Assembly: GCA_045863235.1 (NCBI GenBank)
Contig: BTUM01000062.1
Coordinates: 1-48,038 of the forward strand
Source of the DNA: Candidatus Xenobia bacterium
GTDB taxonomy: Bacteria > Vulcanimicrobiota > Xenobia > Xenobiales > QWHO01
Direction of reading: 5' to 3'
DNA length: 48,038 nucleotides
The notes beneath the pieces were generated by a model. It had not been told where the DNA came from. It worked only from the letters and a program-made list of their open reading frames with translations, and did not search any database. The position numbers and the translations under genes are program-made. This document shows positions 26,196 to 35,636 of this stretch, in pieces (positions within the stretch are counted from its first letter, which is position 1; each line of letters begins with the position of its first letter).

Positions 26196-26793
26196 CCACG
26201 GCCAGCGCGATCAGACCTCCGCACAGCAAAATCGTGCCAAAGAATAGGATGAGCCAGCCTTTGACCCACTTGCTCTGGATCTCGTTGTACTCGGCCAGGC
26301 TCGAGACCGGCCTCTGTTTCCAGGCTTCCTTATTGGCAACCAGGCCCAGCACTATCCGGGGCACGAGGGGGATGAACATGCTGCCTACCAGGTCGATGAG
26401 AATCCAGATGTACATGCGGTGCGGGATGCACCACACCCAGCCCCAGAGAAAGGCGGCCCAGTTCCAGCTGGGCAGGCGGTCGAGCAAGGCCGGGTCGTTG
26501 CCCGAAGGCAGGGGCGGACCCGAGTAGGCGCCCACCGGAGCGGAGCTCAGGCCCATTCCCACCGGCCCTGACCCCCCCGAATCATACGTCGGAATAGAGG
26601 GGGCTTGCACCTGGCCCTGGGGGGCTCCGTAGCTCGGCGTGCTGGTCATGGGCTCGCTCGACCACGAGCTGCCACCGGCGCCCAGAGTGGCGGTCTGACG
26701 GGCCGCCTCGGGAACGCTGCTGCCACAGTTGATGCAGAACTGGGCATCGCTGGGAATGGTCTTACCGCAGTTGACACAGAACAAAGTCGGCAT
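26173..26793 (-). CDS. zinc-ribbon membrane protein
   Basis: CVNCG...CINCG, P/S/G linker, WNWAAFLWGWVW and TM helices; GGAGG RBS. Confidence 0.8.
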   Translation of the reverse strand: MPTLFCVNCGKTIPSDAQFCINCGSSVPEAARQTATLGAGGSSWSSEPMTSTPSYGAPQGQVQAPSIPTYDSGGSGPVGMGLSSAPVGAYSGPPLPSGNDPALLDRLPSWNWAAFLWGWVWCIPHRMYIWILIDLVGSMFIPLVPRIVLGLVANKEAWKQRPVSSLAEYNEIQSKWVKGWLILFFGTILLCGGLIALAVVMDPSSR

Positions 26794-26843
26794 ACCTCCA
26801 GAGCTTCGTCCCGGTTAGTTCGATGAATCCGCGCGCGGTGCCT

Positions 26844-28004
26844 TCAGGTGCGGGTCAGCTCTTCTTGTCGTCGCATCGTGCCACCGGTTCCAAGCACGAA
26901 GGTTTTGCCCCCCCAGCGCACCGTGTGACCCAGCCAGGAGGCGGCCCAAAGGGCGAAATAGCAGAGATCCTTGAAGGGTGTGATGAGGGCCCAGCGGGCC
27001 GCGCTCGGGCTGCCCAGGAGCTGCCAGTTGTAGCGCGTGGTAAGCCAGCGCACCAGCAGCCAGCCCCCCAATCCCTGCCAGGCGGCCGGGCTGCCCCCGC
27101 TCAGCAGCAGCCAGAGCAGGCACCACACCAACCCCTGGGTGATGATGAAGGCGGCGTGGCCGTTGGGACGGCATACCCGGTAGGTGCGCATCCAGCGCAG
27201 CTGGTGCTCCCAGTATTCCGAGAAACTGCGCTCGCCGAGCACGTCCTCCACGATGCAGGGAGCCAGGGCCACCTTCCAGCCGGCCTTGAAGGTGCGGTTG
27301 CCCAACTGGTAGTCGTCCGCCAGATGGTGGCGCACCACCCCGAACCCGCCCACCTGCTGCAGGACCTCGCGCCGGAAGGCCAGCACCGCCCCCAGCATGA
27401 AGCTCATGCCTTCGAGCTTGCGGGCCACCAGCACCGACGAGCCGAAATCGGTCACCGAGAGACCCTCCAGGGCCTGGCCGAAGTTGTCGACCTGCTTGAC
27501 CCCGTAAAGGCAGGTGGAAGCCCCAACCTGAGGGTCGCGGAACGGGCTGAATACGCGCCGCAAAAAATCCTTCGGGGCGCGCATGTCGGCATCCCAACAG
27601 ACGACCCACTCGTTCTTGAGAGAAGGCTCGCCGGCCATCATGCTGCGCACCTTGGGGTTCGTGAAGTCGGTCACCCCTCCACCCACAACCTGCACCGGCA
27701 CCGGAGCGGGCAGGCGGCGGGCCAGATCCAGGGCCGGGTCGTCCGCCAGTCCGGCCGAAAAGACCACATCCCAGTCGGAGGGGTAGTCCTGGTTCAGGGC
27801 GGTCACCAGGCAGCTCTCCAGGCGGGGCGACTGGCCGTGCACCGGCTTGAGCTGCGAGGCGGGCCGGTAGTCGGTCAGACTCAGGTCGGCTCGGGGAATC
27901 TCCTCCAACACGAACTTGCGCACCACGTGGCAGGTGTAGAGCTGGTAGAGGCAAGAGAAGGCCAGGCAAGCGATGCATAGCCCGAGCAAAAGGTCAAGGA
28001 ACAA
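26844..28004 (-). CDS. hpnI: bacteriohopanetetrol glucosamine biosynthesis glycosyltransferase (ceramide glucosyltransferase-like)
   Basis: LKPVHG, NPKV, DAD, LADDYQLG, QLRWMRT motifs; hpn context. Confidence 0.87.
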   Translation of the reverse strand: MFLDLLLGLCIACLAFSCLYQLYTCHVVRKFVLEEIPRADLSLTDYRPASQLKPVHGQSPRLESCLVTALNQDYPSDWDVVFSAGLADDPALDLARRLPAPVPVQVVGGGVTDFTNPKVRSMMAGEPSLKNEWVVCWDADMRAPKDFLRRVFSPFRDPQVGASTCLYGVKQVDNFGQALEGLSVTDFGSSVLVARKLEGMSFMLGAVLAFRREVLQQVGGFGVVRHHLADDYQLGNRTFKAGWKVALAPCIVEDVLGERSFSEYWEHQLRWMRTYRVCRPNGHAAFIITQGLVWCLLWLLLSGGSPAAWQGLGGWLLVRWLTTRYNWQLLGSPSAARWALITPFKDLCYFALWAASWLGHTVRWGGKTFVLGTGGTMRRQEELTRT

Positions 28005-28734
28005 GCTGCTGGTCCACCCGACTCAAAATCTGCTCCACCGAGCGGGATAGCGTGTGGGCCGCGTGGGCCGTGCGGCGCCCCAGCCGCATCAGGCCCCACA
28101 GAGTGCGGGGCCGAACCAGGGCGTGCAGCACGATGCGCGGCTTGTGGGGAACCCCGCGCGCATTGGTAAAGGGCTGGAAATCCATGGGCAGGTCTTCGGC
28201 GACGCCGTCGGTCAGGCTGCGCACCACCAGCCAGGGAACCCCTGCCTCCTCGGCCTCGCGCACCACCGTGCCGCTCTCCATATCGCATGCCTGGGCCCCG
28301 GTCAGGCGAGCCAGCTCTTGCTTCTCGCTGGCAAAGCGCATGATCCGATCGGGGCTGGCCAGCACCGCGCGCCGATGAGAGGCGTGCTCGAGCTTGAGGC
28401 GGCTGGGCCAGCGCCGGTGGGCAGTGCCCTCCAGCAGGATCACCTCGCTGGCCACAATGGCGTCGCCGGGAGCGAAGTCGTCCGTCAGACCACCCGCGAA
28501 GCCCGCCGCGATCAAAAGGGCGGGGCGCTCCAGGCGCAAGAGCTGGCGCGCGCAGGCAGCGGCGTGGCCGTGACCCATTCCCGACTGCGTCAGCACAACT
28601 TCGCGCCCGCCCAGCACGCCCCGCCAGGCAGGATAGTCAGGGAAGCTCCAGGGCTTGACCCGGCGCATGACCGAGCGCAGGGCCTGGCTCTCTTCGGGCA
28701 GGGCCACGATCAGGCCAACAGGGGCTGTGCTCAC
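27994..28734 (-). CDS. hpnG: hopanoid-associated nucleoside phosphorylase
   Basis: VALPEE, SGMG, GFAGGL, DMES, RSLTD (MTA/SAH nucleosidase fold); GTG start overlapping the hpnA stop. Confidence 0.82.
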   Translation of the reverse strand: MSTAPVGLIVALPEESQALRSVMRRVKPWSFPDYPAWRGVLGGREVVLTQSGMGHGHAAACARQLLRLERPALLIAAGFAGGLTDDFAPGDAIVASEVILLEGTAHRRWPSRLKLEHASHRRAVLASPDRIMRFASEKQELARLTGAQACDMESGTVVREAEEAGVPWLVVRSLTDGVAEDLPMDFQPFTNARGVPHKPRIVLHALVRPRTLWGLMRLGRRTAHAAHTLSRSVEQILSRVDQQLVP

Positions 28735-29747
28735 GCCGCTTTCCTCCAGGCGGGGGGAACCGGCGCGTAACCGTTTTCCACAAACCATTGGCAGGCACGC
28801 AAGAGGGCTTCGCGCACGGGGGTCTGGTCGAACTGCAGCTCGCGCACCGCTCGGGCGCTCGAGAACCACATCTTCTTGAGGGACATCTTGACCGCCTCAT
28901 AGGGCACGCGAGGATGGCGATGCAGGAGGGTACCCGACACAAAGCTATCCACCGCTCCGATCCCCAGGGCTACCGCGTGGGGCATGCGGAAGTTGGGAGA
29001 GGGCAGCCCGGTCAGCTCTCCAAGCAGGTCGAGGATCTGCTTGAGCGTCAAGTTCTCGTTGCCAAGAATGTAGTTGCGCCCGGCCAGGCCTTTCTCAGCC
29101 GCCAGCAGGTGGCCGCGGGCGACGTCCTCCACAGCCACCAGGTTGAGGCCGGTATCCACGTAGGCAGGCATGTTGCGGTTCAGGAAGTCGTTGATCATTG
29201 CCCCTGTGGCGGTGGGTTTGAGGTCTCCCGGCCCCACGGGGGTGGAGGGGCTGACCAGCACCACCCGCACCCCCTCGCGGGCATAGCGGAAGGCCACTTC
29301 CTGAGCCAGGAACTTGGAGCGCTTGTAGTCGCCCACCATGTCCTCGAGCTTGACGGGCGTGTCTTCGTCGCCCGGGGTGCCGTCCTTGGGGATGCCCACG
29401 GCTGCCACTGAGGAAGTGTAGACCACCGTGCCCACTCCCGCCTCGCGGCAGGCCCGCAGCAAGTTCTCGGTGCCCTGCACGTTGTGGGCGTAGAGCTCGG
29501 ATGGGTCCAGCGCCCAGAGCCGGTAGTCAGCCGCGCAGTGGTAGACCTGGTCGCAGTCGCGTACACTCTCGCGCAGAGGACGCAGGTCCATCAGGTCCGC
29601 ATAGCAGCACTCCACGTCCAGGGCCATCAGGTTGCGCAGCGGGGAGCGCTGGCGCACCAGCACGCGCACCTCGTCTCCCCGCGCCACCAGCTGGCGCACG
29701 ATGTGGCTGCCGACAAAGCCGGCTCCGCCGGTCACCAGCACCCTCAT
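28731..29747 (-). CDS. hpnA: hopanoid-associated NAD-dependent epimerase
   Basis: TGGAGFVG, HCAADYRLW, YKRSK, PVGPGDLKPT, YVDTGLN; ATG overlaps the shc stop. Confidence 0.9.
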   Translation of the reverse strand: MRVLVTGGAGFVGSHIVRQLVARGDEVRVLVRQRSPLRNLMALDVECCYADLMDLRPLRESVRDCDQVYHCAADYRLWALDPSELYAHNVQGTENLLRACREAGVGTVVYTSSVAAVGIPKDGTPGDEDTPVKLEDMVGDYKRSKFLAQEVAFRYAREGVRVVLVSPSTPVGPGDLKPTATGAMINDFLNRNMPAYVDTGLNLVAVEDVARGHLLAAEKGLAGRNYILGNENLTLKQILDLLGELTGLPSPNFRMPHAVALGIGAVDSFVSGTLLHRHPRVPYEAVKMSLKKMWFSSARAVRELQFDQTPVREALLRACQWFVENGYAPVPPAWRKAA

Positions 29748-31702
29748 TTCTTGCGCCGCGCGCCCAGCGAGACCACTTCGCTCGTCTCCGAGCGCATCGA
29801 GCGCTGATACATTCCCAGGGCAAAGAGGGGGAAATAGTGCCGGTAGTAGTGGTAGCGCAGGTAGTAGACTTTGGGGAAGCCGGTGCCAGTGAACCACTCT
29901 TCATCCCAGGTGCCCTGCGCGTTCTGGGTGTCGAGCAGGAAGCGCAGGCCGCGCTCGACCTCGCTGCCGTGCTCTTCGCCGGCGGCGATCAGGCCCATCA
30001 GGGCCCAGGCCGTCTGCGAGGCAGTCGAGGGGCCCTTGCCCTTGAGACGATCATCCTCATAGGAATCGCAGGTCTCGCCCCAGCCACCGTCCTCGTTTTG
30101 CACCGACTTGAGCCAGCGGGCCCCCCGCTGCATCACTTCCGAGCGAGGATCGATGCCGATACAGCGCAGTCCCTTGAGCACCTGCCAGGTGCCGTAGATG
30201 AAATTGGTGCCCCAGCGCCCGAACCAGGATCCGTCCGGGGCCTGGTCCTTGTAGATGAAGTCGAGCGCTTTGCGCACCTTGGGATCGGCCTGGTCGTAGC
30301 CGTAGGCGCTCAGCATCTCCAGGATGCGGGCCGTGATGTCAGCGGTGCCGGGGTCGATCATGGCGTTGTGGTCGGCAAAGGGCATGGCCTCCAGGCACGC
30401 TTTGTTGTTGTTCTTGTCGAAGGCGCCCCAGGAGCCGTCGTCGTTTTGCATGCTCCAGAGCCAGTCCAGAGCGCGCTTGATTGCTCCCCGCAGCCGGGCC
30501 GGCTCGGGATGCTGCAGCCTGGAGAAGGCCAGCAGGGCGTAGCACGTATCGTCATTGTCGGGGTAGGGCTCGTTGGCATACTCGAAATAGAAGCCGCCCG
30601 GCTTGCCCTGCTTGTTGACGTGAGCCCAGTCGCCCACGGTACGCACCTCGCGATCGAGTACCCAGTCTGCAGCCTTGATGAGCTGGGGGTGAGCCGGATC
30701 GAGGCCGGCTTCCAGCAAGGCGATGCTGGAGATGATGGTATCCCAGACCGGCGACTTGCACGGCTGCATGCGCAGAACGTCGCCTTCCCAGATCTCCAAG
30801 AGCTCCAGCTGGCGCATGGCCTCGCGCACATGGGGATCGTCCATCCCGTGCCCCATGCAGCGCAGCGCCACCACCGTGTTGACGATAGGGGGAAAGATGG
30901 CCCCCAGGCCGTCGGAGTTGTGGGTGCGAGCCAGGGTCCAGTCCAGCGACATTTTCAGGGCTTTCTGGCGGAAGGGCTTGAAGGGGAAGTTCTCGTGGGC
31001 CCAGAGCAACTTGTTGACCACCAGCCAGAAGTTCTTCCAGGTGAAGAGCTTCTGGCTCCAGGGCAGCTGTTGGGGTTTGCCATGGAGGCACAGGTCGGCT
31101 ACCGAGACGGTCTCGGGAAGGCGCACCACGGGTTTGTGAGCAAAGATGATGGAGAGGGGCACCACGATGGTGCGCGACCAACTCGACATGGCGTAGATGT
31201 TGAGGTAGAACCAGTCGGGGAAGAGGATCAGCTCGGCCGGGACGCAGGGGCAAGCGCTCCAGGGAAACTGGCCCAGCATGGCCAGATACATCTTGGTGAA
31301 CGAGTTGCATTTGTCCAGGCCGCCCAACTTGAGGATCAGCTGGCGGGTCTTCTGCATCTCGGGCTCGCTCTCGGAGTGGCCGGCGATCTTCAGGCTCAGA
31401 AATCCCTTGACGCAGTTGTTGATCTCGGAGGGGCCGCCCTCGAAGATGGGCCAGCCGCCCTCGGCGTTGCGTTTCCTGACCAGGTAGCGCGCCAGGGCTT
31501 GAATCTTGGGATGGGTGCCTGGATAACCGAGGAAGGTCAGCAGCATCACGTATTCGCAGGCGGTCAGCGTGTCGCCCTCGAGCTCGGCCACCCAGTGACC
31601 GTCAGGTTTCTGCTCGGCCAGCAGCCACTTCGTGGCCGCCTCCGAGGCATTTCGGACCCGGTCGCTCATGCTGTTGTGGGTGCTCTTGCCGTTCTTTTTC
31701 AT
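29744..31702 (-). CDS. shc: squalene-hopene cyclase
   Basis: QW repeats (QKPDGHW, QNDDGSW, QNEDGGW), YPDNDD catalytic motif, SPVWDT, GTGFPKVYY; likely start at 31702. Confidence 0.97.
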   Translation of the reverse strand: MKKNGKSTHNSMSDRVRNASEAATKWLLAEQKPDGHWVAELEGDTLTACEYVMLLTFLGYPGTHPKIQALARYLVRKRNAEGGWPIFEGGPSEINNCVKGFLSLKIAGHSESEPEMQKTRQLILKLGGLDKCNSFTKMYLAMLGQFPWSACPCVPAELILFPDWFYLNIYAMSSWSRTIVVPLSIIFAHKPVVRLPETVSVADLCLHGKPQQLPWSQKLFTWKNFWLVVNKLLWAHENFPFKPFRQKALKMSLDWTLARTHNSDGLGAIFPPIVNTVVALRCMGHGMDDPHVREAMRQLELLEIWEGDVLRMQPCKSPVWDTIISSIALLEAGLDPAHPQLIKAADWVLDREVRTVGDWAHVNKQGKPGGFYFEYANEPYPDNDDTCYALLAFSRLQHPEPARLRGAIKRALDWLWSMQNDDGSWGAFDKNNNKACLEAMPFADHNAMIDPGTADITARILEMLSAYGYDQADPKVRKALDFIYKDQAPDGSWFGRWGTNFIYGTWQVLKGLRCIGIDPRSEVMQRGARWLKSVQNEDGGWGETCDSYEDDRLKGKGPSTASQTAWALMGLIAAGEEHGSEVERGLRFLLDTQNAQGTWDEEWFTGTGFPKVYYLRYHYYRHYFPLFALGMYQRSMRSETSEVVSLGARRKK

Positions 31703-31929
31703 CGCTACCGTCCTGTTGCGTCGTCTGCTTGAGGAAAATTCATTAACCCGGAACCTGGCCAGGTTTCTTCGCCGGTCCTTCATGTCCTGCAGCGGGGCTT
31801 GCAACAGAGCCGATCTGAGCGGTCCCAAAAATTGTTGTCCAACCTTAACCATGTTTCATGCATTTTTAAGCCGCACAGCGCATATTCCGAATAGAAACCG
31901 GTGCGAGGCACCGATGGAGGTCGACGGCT

Positions 31930-32310
31930 GTGAACAAGCTTCAAGAGAAAGAAGCATCTTCAAAAGTGAGCTCGGAGCTCAGCAACCGCCTGAAGCAGGC
32001 CGGGTTGTTCGAGGCTCTAACGGAGGTGCACAGCCCGCGCTTTCGCAAGTATATGAAGCAACCAAAGCACATCTTGCGGCACGGCTGGCTGCTGGCTCCG
32101 GATATCGAGATGGACGAGACCGGACTGCGGGCCTACGTGCTGGGTGAGCAACCGGGAGCGGACGGGCAGACTCGCGGAATCGGGCAGCGGCTGATCATCG
32201 ACCGCAACCGACGCGTCGCAATCCTGTTCACCTACGGGAACGGTGAGATTCAGGAGATTCGGGTAGACATCGAGTCGGCCAAAGTGGTCGACAACCGGAT
32301 GATTGCCTAG
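31930..32310 (+). CDS. hypothetical protein
   Basis: 126-aa ORF with protein-like composition, GGAGG upstream, fills the gap before hpnD. Confidence 0.65.
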   Translation: MNKLQEKEASSKVSSELSNRLKQAGLFEALTEVHSPRFRKYMKQPKHILRHGWLLAPDIEMDETGLRAYVLGEQPGADGQTRGIGQRLIIDRNRRVAILFTYGNGEIQEIRVDIESAKVVDNRMIA

Positions 32311-32376
32311 GAGCGCAGCCGGAATTCTAGGCCGGGACAACCGGGCGCGGAGTCACTCTCCGCGCTCTTTGCGTTT

Positions 32377-33270
32377 GTGGTGGCTTTGAAGGAACCATCG
32401 GTCCGGGCCCGGAATCTGGCCCCACCGATGGCCGTATCCCTGAAAGATTCTTATCGTCACTGCAAGAAAGTCACTCGCGAGCAGGCCAAGAACTTCTACT
32501 ATGGCATTCGACTCCTTCCCGCCGAGCGGCGCGATGCGCTGTGCGCCATTTACGCATTCTTTCGTTACTGCGACGATCTCTCCGACGATGACCAGTCGGG
32601 CGACCCGGCCCGCATGCTTGCGCAGTGGCGTCAGGCCCTCGTGAGCCAGGATGTGGAGTCGAGTTCCATTCTCCCGGCCTTCCGCGACGCCGTGGCGCGC
32701 TATGACGTTCCCCAGGTCTATTTCGAGGAGTTGATCGAGGGAGCCGAGATGGACCTCACGGTCACCCGCTATACTCGTTTCGAGGACCTCTATGGCTACT
32801 GCTACCGGGTTGCCTCCACTGTAGGGCTGGTGTGTGTGCACGTCTTCGGTTTCGACGGCAGTCCAGAGGCTCTCAAGATGGCTGAGGAACGTGGAATCGC
32901 CTTTCAGTTGACGAATATTCTGCGGGATGTAGCTGAGGACGCCCGACGCGGTCGCATTTACCTGCCTTTGGAAGACCTGGCCCGCTTTCGGGTTACCCCA
33001 GAAGCTTTGCTGGCTTCCCGCCCCGAGCCTGGTTTTGCCGAGTTGGTGCGTTTCGAGGCTGCTCGGGCGCGGGACTACTATGAGCGCTCCGCACCTCTCG
33101 TGGACCGTGTCGAGCGCTCCTCGCGTCCGGCCCTCCAGGCGATGACCAACATTTATCGGGGCTTGCTCGAGAAAGTGGACGCGCTCGGGGCCGAGGTGTT
33201 GCGCCGCCGCGCTCGCTTGTCTCTGGCCGAGAAGCTGGTGGCGGCGGGCAAGAGCCTGGTTTCTCGCTAA
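32377..33270 (+). CDS. hpnD: presqualene diphosphate synthase / phytoene-squalene synthase (start may be ATG 32428)
   Basis: AKNFYYG, DDLSD, YCYRVASTVG, FQLTNILRDVAED, GRIYLP. Confidence 0.8.
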   Translation: MVALKEPSVRARNLAPPMAVSLKDSYRHCKKVTREQAKNFYYGIRLLPAERRDALCAIYAFFRYCDDLSDDDQSGDPARMLAQWRQALVSQDVESSSILPAFRDAVARYDVPQVYFEELIEGAEMDLTVTRYTRFEDLYGYCYRVASTVGLVCVHVFGFDGSPEALKMAEERGIAFQLTNILRDVAEDARRGRIYLPLEDLARFRVTPEALLASRPEPGFAELVRFEAARARDYYERSAPLVDRVERSSRPALQAMTNIYRGLLEKVDALGAEVLRRRARLSLAEKLVAAGKSLVSR

Positions 33271-33391
33271 GTTCCTGGTGGTTAACGTGGAAGCCTTGCC
33301 ACGCGCTGGATCGCAGTTCCGGCCCATTCGTCAGTTTGGGTGAGTTTGGGCCCCCGAGAGCGTAGCTCCACAGGGGATTTGCGGCCGGGCT

Positions 33392-33976
33392 TTAAGCCCG
33401 CCCGACAGCTTCCAAGAAGCGGCGGAACTTGGTCTTGCTCTGAGGCGCGAGGGGGACTCCAAGGCCGTGCAGATGGCGCTCCACCTCTTCGGGTCGCTCG
33501 GTTTCTACCTCCAGCTCATAGTCTAACCCGCCTCCCGGAAACTCGGTTCGGTCGAGTTCGGCCGTGTCGCCGGTCGGGAGCGGATACCGGATCCGCAGGT
33601 TCTGGACCTGACCCAGGGGAACAAGTTGCTTCACGCCTGGAAAATCTTGGCGGAGGCGCTCTAGAGGCTCCAGGGGGAGCTCCGGCAGTCGACCCGAGGC
33701 CAGCTCCTGCCAGAGCGGCTCGTCGAGGTCAGCTTCCAACTCCAGAATCTCGAAAAAGCTCCCGGTCTGAGAGAGGCCTCGCTTATAGGTCAGCGTGCGC
33801 TTCTCCCCTTCCCGACGAAGTCGTAGAGCCCCATGGGCGGCTGAGATGCCTCCGTCCGGGGTGTCCAGGTAGAGATTGACCTGGACTTCCTGGCCCTGGC
33901 TGGTGCCCAGCGCGGTCTTGAGTTGCTCGTAAGAGTTCTCGTCCAGGCAATACTTCAGCTCGCGCTCGATGGCCAG
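33392..33976 (-). CDS. CYTH domain protein (triphosphate tunnel metalloenzyme), probable CTG start
   Basis: Manual translation extends the listed ORF upstream to LAIERELK (ExExK), NLYLDT, LRLR, TLTYK; C-terminal ELEVE and KTKF; GGAGG RBS 7 nt before CTG. Confidence 0.85.
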   Translation of the reverse strand: MAIERELKYCLDENSYEQLKTALGTSQGQEVQVNLYLDTPDGGISAAHGALRLRREGEKRTLTYKRGLSQTGSFFEILELEADLDEPLWQELASGRLPELPLEPLERLRQDFPGVKQLVPLGQVQNLRIRYPLPTGDTAELDRTEFPGGGLDYELEVETERPEEVERHLHGLGVPLAPQSKTKFRRFLEAVGRA

Positions 33977-35190
33977 GGTAGCTCCTCCAAACGGTCCCAG
34001 ATTGCTGCAGCCAGAAGGGTCTTGCTCTGGCGGGGCAAGTGCTGCTCGGCGGTAGGCTCAACCAGCCAGACCTCGTTGTCGGGCGTTTCGAAGCCCAGTC
34101 CCTGGTGGCCAACCAGGTTGGCCACGATCAGGTCGGCCCGCGCCTGTTTTAACCGCTCGCGGGCGGCCGGGAGCAGTTTCTCCGGCTCGGTCTCGGCCTT
34201 GAAGCCAACCACGAGTAGTTCGCTTTGCCAGTTCCGCACCTGGTCGAGAATCTTGGGAGTCGGCACGAGCTCGACTGTGATCGAGCCCTCCGAAGTGGGT
34301 CGCTTGCCGGCGTACGGGCTAGCAGGGGCGTAGTCGGACACCGCCGCCACTCCTAGAAAAGCGTGGTATCGCTCTTTCTGGAGTTGTTGGCGGACCGCTT
34401 CGGCCATTTCCGCGCTGCTGGAGACGGAGAGCACGCGAACGCCGTTTGGGGGGGGATGGCTGGCCGGCCCATAGACCATGGTCACCTCGGCTCCCCGCAG
34501 CCGTGCCTCGCGGGCGAGTTCAGCTCCCATACGGCCGCTGGAAGGGTTGGTCAGCACTCGCACCGCATCCAGGGCTTCTCGAGTGGGACCCGCAGTGAGC
34601 AATACTCGTCGCCCTTTCAGGGACTGGGGACGCAGGGCTCGGAGCACTGAGTCCAGGATGACCTCGGCCGAAGCCATTTTCGCCTTGCCTTCGGTCACGT
34701 GAGGGTGGATGATGCGCACTCCAGCCCGCTCCAGTCGGCCGAGATTTTCCTGGACAAAGGGATTGTCCAACATCGGCTCATGCATGCCCGGCGCCACCAG
34801 AACCGGCAGACCGGCTCCCACAGCGGTAGTGGCCAGGGTCGTGACGGGGGTGTCGTCCAGTCCCAGAGCGATCTTTCCCAGCGAATTAGCCGTGGCCGGA
34901 GCCACCAGCAGCAGCGAGCACAGACCTCCTTGACCGCACAGCTCGATATGCTCGGCCCGGCCGCTGAACCGAGTGAGCACAGGGTGACCCGTGGCCCACT
35001 CGAGAGCCTGGGCCGACACCAGTTCGGAGGCAGCCTGACTCAATACTACGTGCACCTCGGCTCCGTGGCGAATCAAAAGGCGTGCCAAATCGGGAGTGGC
35101 AATGGCGGCGACGGAGCCGGTGATGGCCAGTGCGACGTGGCGTCCGGAAAGCCGGTCGCTCAGGCTGCCCTGGATGTCAGGGCGAGAAAT
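33955..35190 (-). CDS. coaBC: bifunctional phosphopantothenoylcysteine decarboxylase/synthetase (N-terminus extends to ATT at 35190)
   Basis: ITGSVAA, APATAN, TAGPTRE, NPSSGRMG, AAVSDY, GFKAE, VAN motifs. Confidence 0.93.
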   Translation of the reverse strand: MSRPDIQGSLSDRLSGRHVALAITGSVAAIATPDLARLLIRHGAEVHVVLSQAASELVSAQALEWATGHPVLTRFSGRAEHIELCGQGGLCSLLLVAPATANSLGKIALGLDDTPVTTLATTAVGAGLPVLVAPGMHEPMLDNPFVQENLGRLERAGVRIIHPHVTEGKAKMASAEVILDSVLRALRPQSLKGRRVLLTAGPTREALDAVRVLTNPSSGRMGAELAREARLRGAEVTMVYGPASHPPPNGVRVLSVSSSAEMAEAVRQQLQKERYHAFLGVAAVSDYAPASPYAGKRPTSEGSITVELVPTPKILDQVRNWQSELLVVGFKAETEPEKLLPAARERLKQARADLIVANLVGHQGLGFETPDNEVWLVEPTAEQHLPRQSKTLLAAAIWDRLEELPWPSSAS

Positions 35191-35412
35191 TTAGGCCTCG
35201 TCAGCAGGCATTTTTTCGTTGGCCAGAGTGCGCTCGACCTGGCCGTGGAGCCAGTACTCCGGATACAGGCTGCAGCTGTTGAACCCCGGGCAGCCAAGGC
35301 AGCGCTTCGTCCGCATGTGGATCTCGCGGATCCGCCGGTCATTGCACTGAGGGTCGAAGAAGACGAAATCGTCGAAATTTGTTTCCAGATAGGCTTCTTT
35401 ATAGGTAGGCAT
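35191..35412 (-). CDS. 73-aa Cys-rich hypothetical protein
   Basis: Strong TAAGGAG RBS before ATG; MPTYKEAY...PQC...CLGCPGFNSC; stop abuts coaBC. Confidence 0.75.
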   Translation of the reverse strand: MPTYKEAYLETNFDDFVFFDPQCNDRRIREIHMRTKRCLGCPGFNSCSLYPEYWLHGQVERTLANEKMPADEA

Positions 35413-35636
35413 GGTGCCGCTCCTTACTACCGTAGGCCGCTTGGACGCAGCCTTTGAAAAACGAGCCCGTGAGTTCTGTGATTGTGAGGATAACTCCTTC
35501 TTTTCTCTCGAACTCGAAAAAATCTCCTCCTGTCGGTCGAGGGAAAGGATAATCTTTTTAGGAGGCGAAGCGTTGTCCGCTCTGTAAAACAGGGCTTTTT
35601 CGTCCTGGCTGAGGACAGGTAGAGGAGGAACGCGCG

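Noticed and set aside
29501..31732. 743-aa alternative ORF over shc
   Set aside because: Shadow frame over a clearly identified shc; no domain signal
33392..33739. CYTH gene as a truncated pseudogene (115-aa ORF in the track)
   Set aside because: The frame is open and motif-complete up to CTG 33976, which has a good RBS
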